Shown here in pieces: positions 27,811-37,727 of a DNA stretch of 64,000 nucleotides. Below the pieces are notes generated by a model that worked only from the letters and a program-made list of their open reading frames with translations, was not told the origin of the DNA and did not search any database. Where the stretch lies: sequence record PV158447.1. The stretch is one strand, 5' to 3'. The position numbers and the translations under genes are program-made. Numbering within the stretch: the stretch's first letter is position 1; each line of letters starts with the position of its first letter.

Positions 27811-29547
27811 TTATTTATTTTCTTTTACTTTGTTGAAGAAAGGAACCATTTCATTAACAAACAAGTCATTGATTTCGGTCAAGTGCGGCATACCGTAAAT
27901 GGTGTTACACAACGTTACGCAATTACCAACCGGAGAGCTTGCATAGTTAATACCTACTCGGCGATACTCCATTCGATCAAGTCCTTCGATCTCAACCACT
28001 TCCAACTGCGTTGTTTTATTGGACACGTTCAACGATATCGTTGTTGTTGGATATGCTGCGCTCACATCGATATCATCAGTAGCACCACGTGCTTTGCTTC
28101 GCCAAGAAGGAAGTCCTTCGAAGATAGCTTTGCCTTTATCTTCGTTCAGTTCAGCGTGGAGTAACGCAATCCAATCTCGGAGATCAGGTTTCATCTCTTT
28201 GAAAGGATCTTCTTTATTCCGACCTACTGTCCCCCACACAAATCCATTCTTCAATGCGATGAAAGAAAGTTTATCAGAGATCATAGACGGTTGTGACTGA
28301 TAAGACTTCAACTCAGAAGAAGTGACCAAAGAAGGAAGTGACAAAGAGTAGTCATTCGTCTTACGGTTGATTTCTTCAATGACCCAGTTATCCTGGATGT
28401 TGTACATGGCATACAGATACGGTTCATTCTCCAGCATCCATTTGTGCCATTCTCCACTACCCGCAGCTAAGTGAGAACCGATGTCCGTATACAACTTGCT
28501 CATTACCTTTTCAGCACGGGCAGTTGACTCTAGGGAGTAAGATTCCAATTTACCCTGAGGAGCTCGTTTGATTGCGTAGAAGGACATCCCGTCAAACCAC
28601 TGCCATTTAGCGGGTGCTTGTACAACTGGAAAACGTTCCTGGTTCTCTAGGGGGGTTTTAGAACCATCTACTTTGGTTTTGAATTCACGACCTGGAAAGA
28701 AGAAGTAATCTTCATAACCACGAGGTGTGTCTGGGTCACTATAAACCTTGGGGAGACTGTAACCTTCATTGAGCAGTTCTCTTTGGTTCGCTTCCATATC
28801 AAATCGAGCATTCCAAGAGACGATGAAATCAGGACCGCGTTCATGCCAGAACTGAATGTTGTTATACACTATTTTAGCTGGAGTGTCTTCCAGTTGAAAG
28901 TGGATTTTAACATTGTGTTCTTCCATGTACTCTTTGAGGTATTTCTCTGCGTATTCGTTAAGGGTTCTGAGAATCACTTCGTCAGAATCACCTTTGAAGA
29001 TACGACGAAGACCAGCCCAGTAAGCACGTTCATTGATCGTGGTGGAAGCCATACAAACTGGTCCAGTGTCTCCGTTGGGGAGAACAAATGTTTCCACGTC
29101 ATATGCGGCTACTGTGTACGCTTCCTGGGGCTGATGTTCAGGATATTTATCATAAAACTTTTGCTTGAACTTAACGGGGACGGTTTCTTGACAGCCAAAA
29201 ACATATTGACTGTTTTTCATGTCTGACAGAGATGCTTTCCGGTCGGGACGTCCATGAAGTACACGAGAAATGTTAGATGGCATTTTAGCATCATTGGAAG
29301 AATGTTTATCACACTTACTGATTTCGATGTAATCTTTTTGATCTTTGAAAGTACGGTACTTTTCCTTAACCGTGTAGAAATCTACTTTGTAGTTCTCTAG
29401 AAACACAATACGATCACGACGAGTGCCATCTGGCATGATTTCAGTGATCTTGGCGGTTAAGAGATCTTGACCGTATTGTTGATTATGATAAGAGAGAAAG
29501 GCATGTTTACAGACACGCGCAATAGGTTTTTCTTGGGTCGTTAACAT
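27811..29547 (-). CDS. Family B DNA polymerase, 3'-5' exonuclease-containing subunit of a split enzyme (phiKZ gp82-like)
   Basis: ExoI YDVET, ExoII SWNARFD, ExoIII YNIQD, motif A DIDVSAAYP; stops before motifs B and C; start moved to ATG 29547 to avoid overlap. Confidence 0.85.
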   Translation of the reverse strand: MLTTQEKPIARVCKHAFLSYHNQQYGQDLLTAKITEIMPDGTRRDRIVFLENYKVDFYTVKEKYRTFKDQKDYIEISKCDKHSSNDAKMPSNISRVLHGRPDRKASLSDMKNSQYVFGCQETVPVKFKQKFYDKYPEHQPQEAYTVAAYDVETFVLPNGDTGPVCMASTTINERAYWAGLRRIFKGDSDEVILRTLNEYAEKYLKEYMEEHNVKIHFQLEDTPAKIVYNNIQFWHERGPDFIVSWNARFDMEANQRELLNEGYSLPKVYSDPDTPRGYEDYFFFPGREFKTKVDGSKTPLENQERFPVVQAPAKWQWFDGMSFYAIKRAPQGKLESYSLESTARAEKVMSKLYTDIGSHLAAGSGEWHKWMLENEPYLYAMYNIQDNWVIEEINRKTNDYSLSLPSLVTSSELKSYQSQPSMISDKLSFIALKNGFVWGTVGRNKEDPFKEMKPDLRDWIALLHAELNEDKGKAIFEGLPSWRSKARGATDDIDVSAAYPTTTISLNVSNKTTQLEVVEIEGLDRMEYRRVGINYASSPVGNCVTLCNTIYGMPHLTEINDLFVNEMVPFFNKVKENK

Positions 29548-29637
29548 GGTAGGGATCTCGAATGTTATGACGTCATTAATGGGGTTGTCTAAATTATAGC
29601 CCCCACTCTTTAAATTTACTCCGGAGTAAAAAGAATT

Positions 29638-31005
29638 ATGCTGAGTATCGATTTCCTGAAAAAGGATATCCCACTCGACATTAAGTTGGCTGGGATGGAA
29701 TACATGGATGCGGTCCGTAACCGCAATGTGTACGAAACATTGACCAAGTATGTTGACGAACATATAGTCAGAAAAGAGGTTGTTCCTGGGATCACTGAAG
29801 AAGTTTTCGATTGGGATCGGGCGGATAAGGATGCGTTTGCAGAATTAATCATGCGAGAGACCGGGATCGGTGTTACTATTGTTGATGGAAATGAGTACAC
29901 ACCTTTTGCAATTGAAACTGGGTTCCTTTCCCCCAACCACATTCTGAACAACAAGGGTATTGATCAACTGCTGGAAAGTAAGTACAGTTCGGTCAGTCAA
30001 GCCATGAAGGTACTCAAGACCGACGTTCTGAAAGGTTGGGTCGAACCCAAGACAGGCCGAGTCGGTGGGGACTTTAGTAAGATCAAGTTCAACCTGCACA
30101 TTGGCTGGATCCCTGCCGCCATCCTGGACACTAAGGTTCTGAAGAAACATAACGTTTCTGTTGCACAAGCATCCGCTATTGCAATCCTTCACGAACTTGG
30201 TCACGCGTTCAGTGCATTCTATTTCTTGGCTCGACAAACTGTCGATCTTGCGATGGTGTCCATCACTTCTCGGATGATCGCGAATGCGGAAGTGGGAACT
30301 CGGAAGATCGCTCTGTACAAAGAGTTCGCCAAAGAACTGGAAGTAGTTGAGAAAGTAAAAGATCAAGATATTGAACGTCTGGAAACCGAGGATGACGTTT
30401 GCTTGTTCCTAAACAAGATGGTGACCAACCGGAACATTCGGTCTACACTGAGTTTGGGTATTGCAGATCGCGCTTCCGAAGTCTATGCTGACATTTACGC
30501 CATGAAAATGGGTTGTCCAGAAACACTGATCAGTTTGTTTGCGAGCATCTACAGTACTAAGCCAAACCGGATTCTTTACAGTGCGTTGATGTTCTCTCCC
30601 TTTTATCTCTTTCCCATACTTGGGGCCTCCGCCGTGATGCTCGTTCCTTCATTGATGGTCCTCGGCCTCATGTTCTTCTTTGCTGACGTATTCACTGTCG
30701 CACCCAATGAAGTTTACGATAGCCCGTACCGTCGTTCCAAAGCCATTCTTCGAGAGTACGCTGGTGAGATCAGCGCTGCTAAAGGTCTTTCTAGTACTGA
30801 GAAAGCAGACATGCTGAAGCGTGCCAAGAAGATGGAAGAGATGGTCAATGAGATGAAAGATTCTCTGGAAGGGACCTGGTTCCAACGCATGTCAGGCTGG
30901 ATCGTTTCTGGGAGTGAATTTAAGTACAGTGACTTTGACCACTATACTCAAGAGATCCTGAACCACAACCTCTCTCTTTATACTGAATATTTCAAGAAGG
31001 ATTAA
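29638..31005 (+). CDS. Putative virion zincin metallopeptidase with hydrophobic segment
   Basis: ILHELGHAF (HEXXH), downstream EVYAD, ~40-aa hydrophobic stretch. Confidence 0.65.
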   Translation: MLSIDFLKKDIPLDIKLAGMEYMDAVRNRNVYETLTKYVDEHIVRKEVVPGITEEVFDWDRADKDAFAELIMRETGIGVTIVDGNEYTPFAIETGFLSPNHILNNKGIDQLLESKYSSVSQAMKVLKTDVLKGWVEPKTGRVGGDFSKIKFNLHIGWIPAAILDTKVLKKHNVSVAQASAIAILHELGHAFSAFYFLARQTVDLAMVSITSRMIANAEVGTRKIALYKEFAKELEVVEKVKDQDIERLETEDDVCLFLNKMVTNRNIRSTLSLGIADRASEVYADIYAMKMGCPETLISLFASIYSTKPNRILYSALMFSPFYLFPILGASAVMLVPSLMVLGLMFFFADVFTVAPNEVYDSPYRRSKAILREYAGEISAAKGLSSTEKADMLKRAKKMEEMVNEMKDSLEGTWFQRMSGWIVSGSEFKYSDFDHYTQEILNHNLSLYTEYFKKD

Positions 31006-31008
31006 TCC

Positions 31009-31446
31009 ATGTCTCACTTAGCTAAAATTGTTGCAGTAAAGGAACAACTGATCAAAGAGGGCATCACCAACCCGATCAAACAAGCAGCGATTGTTCGTAC
31101 TGCATACGTCCGTGCTCTATACATTTTCCACCGAGCCCACTTTGGTCGTCCTCATCAGTGTCGCGCTTTCAACGAATATATCCTGAACTATTGGAATGAA
31201 ACTTCACCGATCCAAGGTAACTTGATCCTGGCGATGTATCAGTCTTTCGAAGGTCGGATGAACACTGCCTTGTTGACTGTTGGTAAAACAATGAAGGTGG
31301 ATGTTGAGATCACCCCTTGTGAAGAGGCGGGTGATTTGAACTACGTGGAACTCCCAGGTTACCAAGAACTGGTCGACACACTTCTTGGCGAATGTAACCA
31401 CAAGAAACCTCAGTACGAATCGATGTTTGGAGAAGACGATGTCTGA
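31009..31446 (+). CDS. Hypothetical (probably virion) protein, 145 aa
   Basis: AAGGA RBS, packed in the structural operon. Confidence 0.75.
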   Translation: MSHLAKIVAVKEQLIKEGITNPIKQAAIVRTAYVRALYIFHRAHFGRPHQCRAFNEYILNYWNETSPIQGNLILAMYQSFEGRMNTALLTVGKTMKVDVEITPCEEAGDLNYVELPGYQELVDTLLGECNHKKPQYESMFGEDDV

Positions 31447-32974
31447 CACTGTAAAACTGGGAACAGTTATTCAGCTTTCTCCCCATGGAGAGACTGACAA
31501 AATCAACATCATTGACAACAGTGATGAGGAAGGTGTTCTGGTCTCTCTGGACGACTCATATGAGGTTCATGGAGTAGAAAGTATCCAAGTCATCACCAGA
31601 TCCGCTAAAGAGCTCCTGCGCTCTCAGAAGCTGGATAAGAAGGGGATGACCGCCCTCCGTATCTCAGGTTGCGAATCCTTCTTCCCTGGTTATGATAAAC
31701 TCAATGCTCGTAAAGGCGGGGAATCTTTCCTGGGTAAACTCAAAGATGGATTCATTGCAATTGTGAAAGCGATTGGTAAATGGATTGCCGATTTGGTTAA
31801 CTGGGGCATCACTCGTCTCAAAGCTCTCTTTGGTTTTGCCAAAACTGAGAAACAAATAGCGGCTGCCGACAAACACCTTGAAGTAATCAAACCTCTGGTT
31901 CATAACTTGATGGTTCGTTCTTTTGGTGGTGCCCCTACAGCTGGTGTTTTCAATATCGAAGAGTTCATGGAATCTCTACCGAGTGGCGTCACTGGCAAAG
32001 AAACCATGGTAATTATCAAGAACCGAGCAGAGAGCAATGCCGTTGCTGTGGAACGTCTGACCAAAGCCAGTGACAAGATCACCGAAGGTCTTCGGATGCT
32101 AGAAGATGCTACACGCAAGGCCAAGGTCGTGAAGTCTCGTTATCGTCGTGCTGTTGATAACTTGCGTCGACTACTCATCTCCGGGAATGTCATGGCTGCC
32201 GATTTGGTTGATTTCAACCAGGAACTTTCTGATCTGGCAATGGAAGATCTTTCCTACACTTCTTACGTCGAGATGACGGACCAACTTTGTGACCAACTCT
32301 TTGGGATCGGCGTAAAGGGTTTAGGCGTGGAAGGTGGGTTCAAGTTTATCCAGGACGGGATTAAGAACAACTTGACCCAGATCAAAGCGTCTATTAACCC
32401 GAATGAGATCCAAAAGTACGTTGAGCTCAAAAAGAGTTATCTCACCCGTGTTAACGCGATGGATCAACTTAGCGTCAGTCCTGTCACTATTAAAGATCTC
32501 AAGGACATCGTTAATGACAAGGATGGCGAGATTGTTAAAGCTGTCGCCGACCTGTTCCCTCAAAACCAAGTTATCCTGAGTGACTACCTGGAATTTGCTG
32601 GCAAAGTTCGGATGTATAACGAAGCGATTACTATCTTGAGCCAAGTTCTCCAGAATGCCGTGATCACTTCCTCTTCAGTTGCTAAGTGGATCACTAGTAT
32701 CGAAGCAATTGGTGTCGCATATGTGGCCGGAGATATTGCTAAAATAGTAGAGGCGCACGAAGCAGCTTCCCCTGGTCAATCTGACATGTTTTTGAGTAAA
32801 GATGGTCTCCCTCGTCTTCTTCCTGATGACACTCGTGTTCTTCAACACTACTATCCTGGGATCAACGTAACTGAAGAAGTGAATGAGTTCGCGAAAGCAG
32901 CTAAGGAACTTCCGGCTATCAAGAAGGCGGTTAATGGAATGATGTCAGAACTCCAGATCCCGTTTAAGGTATAA
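31439..32974 (+). CDS. Putative internal head protein
   Basis: SGCE|SF and GGE|SF sites followed by an amphipathic helix; start moved to ATG 31439 (GGAG RBS). Confidence 0.7.
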   Translation: MSDTVKLGTVIQLSPHGETDKINIIDNSDEEGVLVSLDDSYEVHGVESIQVITRSAKELLRSQKLDKKGMTALRISGCESFFPGYDKLNARKGGESFLGKLKDGFIAIVKAIGKWIADLVNWGITRLKALFGFAKTEKQIAAADKHLEVIKPLVHNLMVRSFGGAPTAGVFNIEEFMESLPSGVTGKETMVIIKNRAESNAVAVERLTKASDKITEGLRMLEDATRKAKVVKSRYRRAVDNLRRLLISGNVMAADLVDFNQELSDLAMEDLSYTSYVEMTDQLCDQLFGIGVKGLGVEGGFKFIQDGIKNNLTQIKASINPNEIQKYVELKKSYLTRVNAMDQLSVSPVTIKDLKDIVNDKDGEIVKAVADLFPQNQVILSDYLEFAGKVRMYNEAITILSQVLQNAVITSSSVAKWITSIEAIGVAYVAGDIAKIVEAHEAASPGQSDMFLSKDGLPRLLPDDTRVLQHYYPGINVTEEVNEFAKAAKELPAIKKAVNGMMSELQIPFKV

Positions 32975-32977
32975 TCC

Positions 32978-33652
32978 ATGGTTAAACAAGAAATATTGAA
33001 ACTCATTGCTGAGATTCGTATTGCTCAACAAGGCCAAGATACTTTCCGAGAGTATTACACGGACTTCTGTTCGGTTCCTCGCTGCAAGAAAGGGATCGTC
33101 GAGTTCCTAAAGGAACTTAACCAGAGCGAAGATGAAAACAAAGTGTGGGTATTCCACGACATTGAACAAAATCTGAAGCTGGGTTTGGTCTCTGGTAAGA
33201 CTTTCCGGAATAGTGATCTTCTTCGTTATCAGTTGGACACTTGTACGTACAACGATTACAAGAACCGAGAGTTGAAAGAGAAACGTAAAGAACTGTTGAT
33301 GAAGGTCGGTGAGTATCTGATGTTCATTAATGAACAGTTGGAAACATCTCCCCTGCTCGACGCTAAGGAACGACAAGTTTACCTTCGCCGTGCAGTAGCT
33401 CGACTCACCACCGTTCTTGGAACGCATCTGATCACCTCAGTACAGGTTGATCAATGGCATGAAGTGGAACCTAATGAGCACACCAACTATTTGGTAGAGG
33501 ATTTGGGAGCACTTACCAGCCGGTTCAATTATGAAGGTGAACAAACTGAATACGGTTCGATCTATTACGATTGGTACGGTTTGAATAAACCACTCACCAT
33601 TGACTCGATCGTTACCTTCCTGGATTACGTGGACGGTTTCTTGGTCTATTAA
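32978..33652 (+). CDS. Hypothetical protein, 224 aa
   Basis: AAGGT RBS, last gene before the terminator. Confidence 0.75.
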   Translation: MVKQEILKLIAEIRIAQQGQDTFREYYTDFCSVPRCKKGIVEFLKELNQSEDENKVWVFHDIEQNLKLGLVSGKTFRNSDLLRYQLDTCTYNDYKNRELKEKRKELLMKVGEYLMFINEQLETSPLLDAKERQVYLRRAVARLTTVLGTHLITSVQVDQWHEVEPNEHTNYLVEDLGALTSRFNYEGEQTEYGSIYYDWYGLNKPLTIDSIVTFLDYVDGFLVY

Positions 33653-33662
33653 TAACATAATA

Positions 33663-33700
33663 AACTCTACCTACCCAAATGGGTAGGTAGAGTTCTAACT
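33663..33700. terminator. Bidirectional terminator
   Basis: aactctacctaccca-aa-tgggtaggtagagtt. Confidence 0.85.
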
Positions 33701-33706
33701 TATGGT

Positions 33707-36628
33707 TTATGTTCTTGGTACATGTCGACGGAAAGAGATTTCGATCCCTTCTTTGATCGTCAAGAGCTTATCAGAAGTCTGATCCAATGATTTACTCACG
33801 GAGAAACCGTTGGTGTCATCGATGTTGGTAATGACATCCACTTCCTCATCTCCCGCAAAAGCCAGGATTTTAACATCCAGGACGTTTGCGTTACGAAGCT
33901 CTTGGGACAGATCACTGACAGAGAACGTGTTCTTAGCCAGTTTTACGTTAGCCTGTTCATGGGTGTTCGCCACCAATGCTTCCTTCAGGTCGTTATCCAC
34001 CATTCCTTCATCAGTGAGATAGTAGACAACAGAAAGACTGATATCGGTACGAATGGTTCGTTTAACACCTTCATTCAACACAACCTGAGTATAACCCATG
34101 GTGGACCGGGGCTTAAAGAGCAGAACTGTCTCATCCAACAGCTTCTTGCGGATTCCCTGGATCTCATCGTTAACTTGACTAGCAAAGAAGTTCTCAACAG
34201 AAACAGCATACTGAGTGTCATAATCATCCTGACTCAACATGTAGTTAAAGTCGAACCCAATGAAATCCCAGTAGTAAAGGAGTTCACGGGCTTTCTTCAC
34301 CACAGGGTTGCCGTCCTGATCCTTAACTGTTTGACCGGCTAAGAATTCCCAACGAGGCGTTCCATCGGTATTGAGTATCGGTTCTCCTTTCTTGTGTTTC
34401 AGAACGGCCTTTCCGCCAACAATGACCAACTCACCGCGATCATTGGTTTCGAACTCATCGGCATCGTAAACGGCAGGAACGTTACTGGGGTATTTCTCAT
34501 ACTGCTCTGCTCCCACCATCGGGGTGATACGAGTGTAGATGCTATCTAGTATCTTACCGAAGGTAACGCGATAATCAGTTTGAATGATCGCAATGTTCAG
34601 ACGTTCGAACAAAGACTGATCAACAGCAAAGTCAGCAGAACTCCTCAACACCACTCCGTCACCGGAATACGTAAAGATAAAACTAGCAACCTCATCCATT
34701 CCAACCCGGACTTCGTTCTGAACATGACCAAATTGATTAAACCCTCTCAGGTCAATATCATCATCGATATCAATGTCAAAACGACTTTCCAGTTCGAACC
34801 TGAAGATCCGCTCCCCTTCCTTGGTTTTACCTAACAATATTCCACGTTTGGAAGCAGGTTCGTTACTGCCCGTTGTCTTGAAAGAGATTTGAATACCCAA
34901 AGAGTCGTCAGAGAGTTTCTTATACTCTTCACTGGACTTCGTTTCAATTTCAATCACGTAACCATTATCGTTAGGCTTGATGTTGATTTTACCAACCCCT
35001 ACCTGAATACCGAGGGAACTGTTCTCGTACCGGAATGTCTGATAACGGATCTCGGGACTCACAATACGATAACAACGAACATCGGCTCGATCGTTAGTAA
35101 CATCCAGGACATAAGTAAACGGAAGATAAACGAGTGAGTTCTTACCCATTAAATCAATCTTCGCTTGGTTACTAGAGCCCATGATGGTATCTGCTTCGTG
35201 TTTCGCAATCAAGCGAGATGTCTGACCAGTAATATCAAATGTCGCACCACGCCGAATCGTAATTCGTTTCCCATTATCAATCGCGTTGCCGGAATTCACC
35301 AACTCTTCGATGGAGGTTAGGATAGAACCAGTATACGTCCCGATAGAAGTAACTGCTCGTCCACTTGTCTCCTCATCAAAGAGTTTGTTCTGTTGGACAG
35401 GAAGATCCTTGGTGGTGCGATACAAACGTCGTGAGAAGCTGTCAATGGCTTTCGCGCTCGTATATCCAGCATTCCTTAAGGTTTGGTCCAGGTCGCTGTT
35501 ACTGACCGGTATACGACGCCTACGATTACCATAGATGATCATGTTCTTGAGTTCTTGGAACTCGACAGCATTACGACCACCTTGGATAGGAGTGTCTGTG
35601 TCAACGTAAACACCCTTGAGTTCTATTAGTGGTTCACTGTAACGGCCCAACTTACCTTTCTCATTTCGGTAATCGCGATAAGAGACTTGCTTGGTCTGGT
35701 CACGGAGTGTGGTGAGGTCTCGGTACATTTCACCTTTAGTGGTGTATGCGAGAATAGTAACACGCCCTGTCCCTGTACCACGCTGCAAATAAACACTAGG
35801 AATACTTGCTTCGAAACTAACACCATCAATGACATCAACTGTCAAAGTAGGTTGAGATGGATCGTAGACATCATTGTTGTACGCAATTGCCATTTCACTT
35901 CGGGTTGCACTACCATCAGGAGTGATAAACGCACGAACAGCATAAAGACTATCTTTGAAATCAAAGGTTTCTTTAAAACCACTGGTAATGTTTACCGGCC
36001 TCGCTGGGAACTCAGTCACTTCCAACTGACGAACCGGAAGATGGATAACAAGGTACTTGACACCATCAACGATAAAACTTTCTTTATCAGGGTAGTTGGT
36101 GACCAACGGTTTCAACGGAGACCCGGAAGTGCTGTCATACAACACTTGGATTCCACCGTGTTCCATTATTCTGATTTCAACAGGATTCTCCAATAAGAAA
36201 GGAATATCCGCATTGTAAAATTGAGTATCGGCTGGAAGAACGACTTTCTTATAGTTGTTCACCATTGCCTCACTAACATCACTGTAAGGGATGGCTGCTT
36301 TTGCTAACACATCCTCGGGCACTACCCAACGGAAAGTCGTTCCGCTTGGTTCAGCAAAAACGCCGACCCAATCTTCGTCACTCATAACCTTCGCCAGATC
36401 ACGGATGGTTCTGGCGTGTGCTGGGTATGTTGCTGCTGTGCTATCGCCTAGACGAGAAATAAACCCGTAGTTAGTCGCTACGATCAAATCAACGGCATAA
36501 GAGAAGGGATGGCCCTTCCCATTCAGTTGCCCGCCATTATTCAAGACCGATGTTTCAAGATCATTAAAGATCGTATTGATAACCCTGTTGGGGTTATTTG
36601 CATATCGGTTAAGTTCTTCAAAATCCAC
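33707..36628 (-). CDS. Baseplate wedge protein, T4 gp6/baseplate-J-like, 973 aa
   Basis: IQGGRNAVEFQELKNMI resembles the GG-x-D/N-x-E...R baseplate-J signature; AAGGAG RBS with GTG start. Confidence 0.6.
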   Translation of the reverse strand: MDFEELNRYANNPNRVINTIFNDLETSVLNNGGQLNGKGHPFSYAVDLIVATNYGFISRLGDSTAATYPAHARTIRDLAKVMSDEDWVGVFAEPSGTTFRWVVPEDVLAKAAIPYSDVSEAMVNNYKKVVLPADTQFYNADIPFLLENPVEIRIMEHGGIQVLYDSTSGSPLKPLVTNYPDKESFIVDGVKYLVIHLPVRQLEVTEFPARPVNITSGFKETFDFKDSLYAVRAFITPDGSATRSEMAIAYNNDVYDPSQPTLTVDVIDGVSFEASIPSVYLQRGTGTGRVTILAYTTKGEMYRDLTTLRDQTKQVSYRDYRNEKGKLGRYSEPLIELKGVYVDTDTPIQGGRNAVEFQELKNMIIYGNRRRRIPVSNSDLDQTLRNAGYTSAKAIDSFSRRLYRTTKDLPVQQNKLFDEETSGRAVTSIGTYTGSILTSIEELVNSGNAIDNGKRITIRRGATFDITGQTSRLIAKHEADTIMGSSNQAKIDLMGKNSLVYLPFTYVLDVTNDRADVRCYRIVSPEIRYQTFRYENSSLGIQVGVGKINIKPNDNGYVIEIETKSSEEYKKLSDDSLGIQISFKTTGSNEPASKRGILLGKTKEGERIFRFELESRFDIDIDDDIDLRGFNQFGHVQNEVRVGMDEVASFIFTYSGDGVVLRSSADFAVDQSLFERLNIAIIQTDYRVTFGKILDSIYTRITPMVGAEQYEKYPSNVPAVYDADEFETNDRGELVIVGGKAVLKHKKGEPILNTDGTPRWEFLAGQTVKDQDGNPVVKKARELLYYWDFIGFDFNYMLSQDDYDTQYAVSVENFFASQVNDEIQGIRKKLLDETVLLFKPRSTMGYTQVVLNEGVKRTIRTDISLSVVYYLTDEGMVDNDLKEALVANTHEQANVKLAKNTFSVSDLSQELRNANVLDVKILAFAGDEEVDVITNIDDTNGFSVSKSLDQTSDKLLTIKEGIEISFRRHVPRT

Positions 36629-36638
36629 AAGTAACTCC

Positions 36639-37706
36639 TTAACGTTCTACCCACCAAGTCAGTTTCATACCAGTGCGCTTGAACCCACCATTATCATCCA
36701 CAGTAGGAAGAATCAAAGGGTACGCACCGTAGCCATAAGCTTCGTATTCACTTGGACTCAGTTTACGGTAATATTGATTACGATATCTTGGTTTTAATCC
36801 GGGGTTGTACAAGTAGCTATGTTCATTGAATGCTTCGATCAGTCCCCATTCATTAAACCGCATCCCAGTGCTACTAAATTGCACAGAGAAGTCATCTTGA
36901 CCCTCACCACGAGCATTGGGTTGGGTAGTGTCTATGTTTGCCTGGGATCCTGCTGGATAACTATTCGGAATCGACTGGACTGTGGCAAAGATATGTTCTA
37001 CGAACTCAGTATCTTTGTTCATGATCAAGTGATAGATCCGACAATCATAATCTATTCTATTACCGAAGAGATAGTTGTCCCTCGGGCTTAAATGACGATC
37101 GCCGGAAGTCACTTCGGAAATCCAATCCATCCAGGTTTGGAACAATGCAGGAATAATGGAAGGTCTCGGGTTGTAATACGTCTGGTTCATGGTATACAAA
37201 CCGTTCTCTTCTAGCTTACTTGCCACCCGCTGGTAAACTTGATTACGTAGACCAGGCTGAGACGTTTGGATATCCATTTGAAGATCACCAAACCCCGTAC
37301 TGGTTTTCAGATAAGAAGTGAGAACCGGAATAAAAGGAAGTTTGTTATTCAAACCAACTGGCTGATTCGCAGCTCCCCAACGTTCATCCAACATCCCTCG
37401 AATATACCCACCGATACTATATTGAGACACTCCCAATAGGTTTTTCAGTCGCTCAGAGCGACTGAGATTATCATCGGTTAGATTGAGCTGCGGCCTAGTC
37501 ACGAAGGCTAATCCTATGGTGTTATCCGAGAGCGGCATCATTGCCGGACCCGTACCCACAATTCGGAATCCGCGCATCGTGTTTATAAGCGGAGCGGTGT
37601 AACCTGGTGAACCTTCTTCGAGCAAAGCGTCGTTTAGACGATCCTGACGATTCTCAATTGTCTCACCTGTATAGTTTGAAAAGTCTATTTCTGTATTTTC
37701 TGCCAT
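36639..37706 (-). CDS. Virion structural protein (355 aa)
   Basis: True start MAENTEIDF at 37706 with GAGGA RBS; the longer track ORF overlaps the opposite-strand gene. Confidence 0.7.
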   Translation of the reverse strand: MAENTEIDFSNYTGETIENRQDRLNDALLEEGSPGYTAPLINTMRGFRIVGTGPAMMPLSDNTIGLAFVTRPQLNLTDDNLSRSERLKNLLGVSQYSIGGYIRGMLDERWGAANQPVGLNNKLPFIPVLTSYLKTSTGFGDLQMDIQTSQPGLRNQVYQRVASKLEENGLYTMNQTYYNPRPSIIPALFQTWMDWISEVTSGDRHLSPRDNYLFGNRIDYDCRIYHLIMNKDTEFVEHIFATVQSIPNSYPAGSQANIDTTQPNARGEGQDDFSVQFSSTGMRFNEWGLIEAFNEHSYLYNPGLKPRYRNQYYRKLSPSEYEAYGYGAYPLILPTVDDNGGFKRTGMKLTWWVER

Positions 37707-37727
37707 AATTTCCTCAAGGAGAACGTA

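Noticed and set aside
29548-29763. N-terminal extension of the polymerase ORF in the track
   Set aside because: Runs into the opposite-strand gene starting at 29638; ATG 29547 is more plausible
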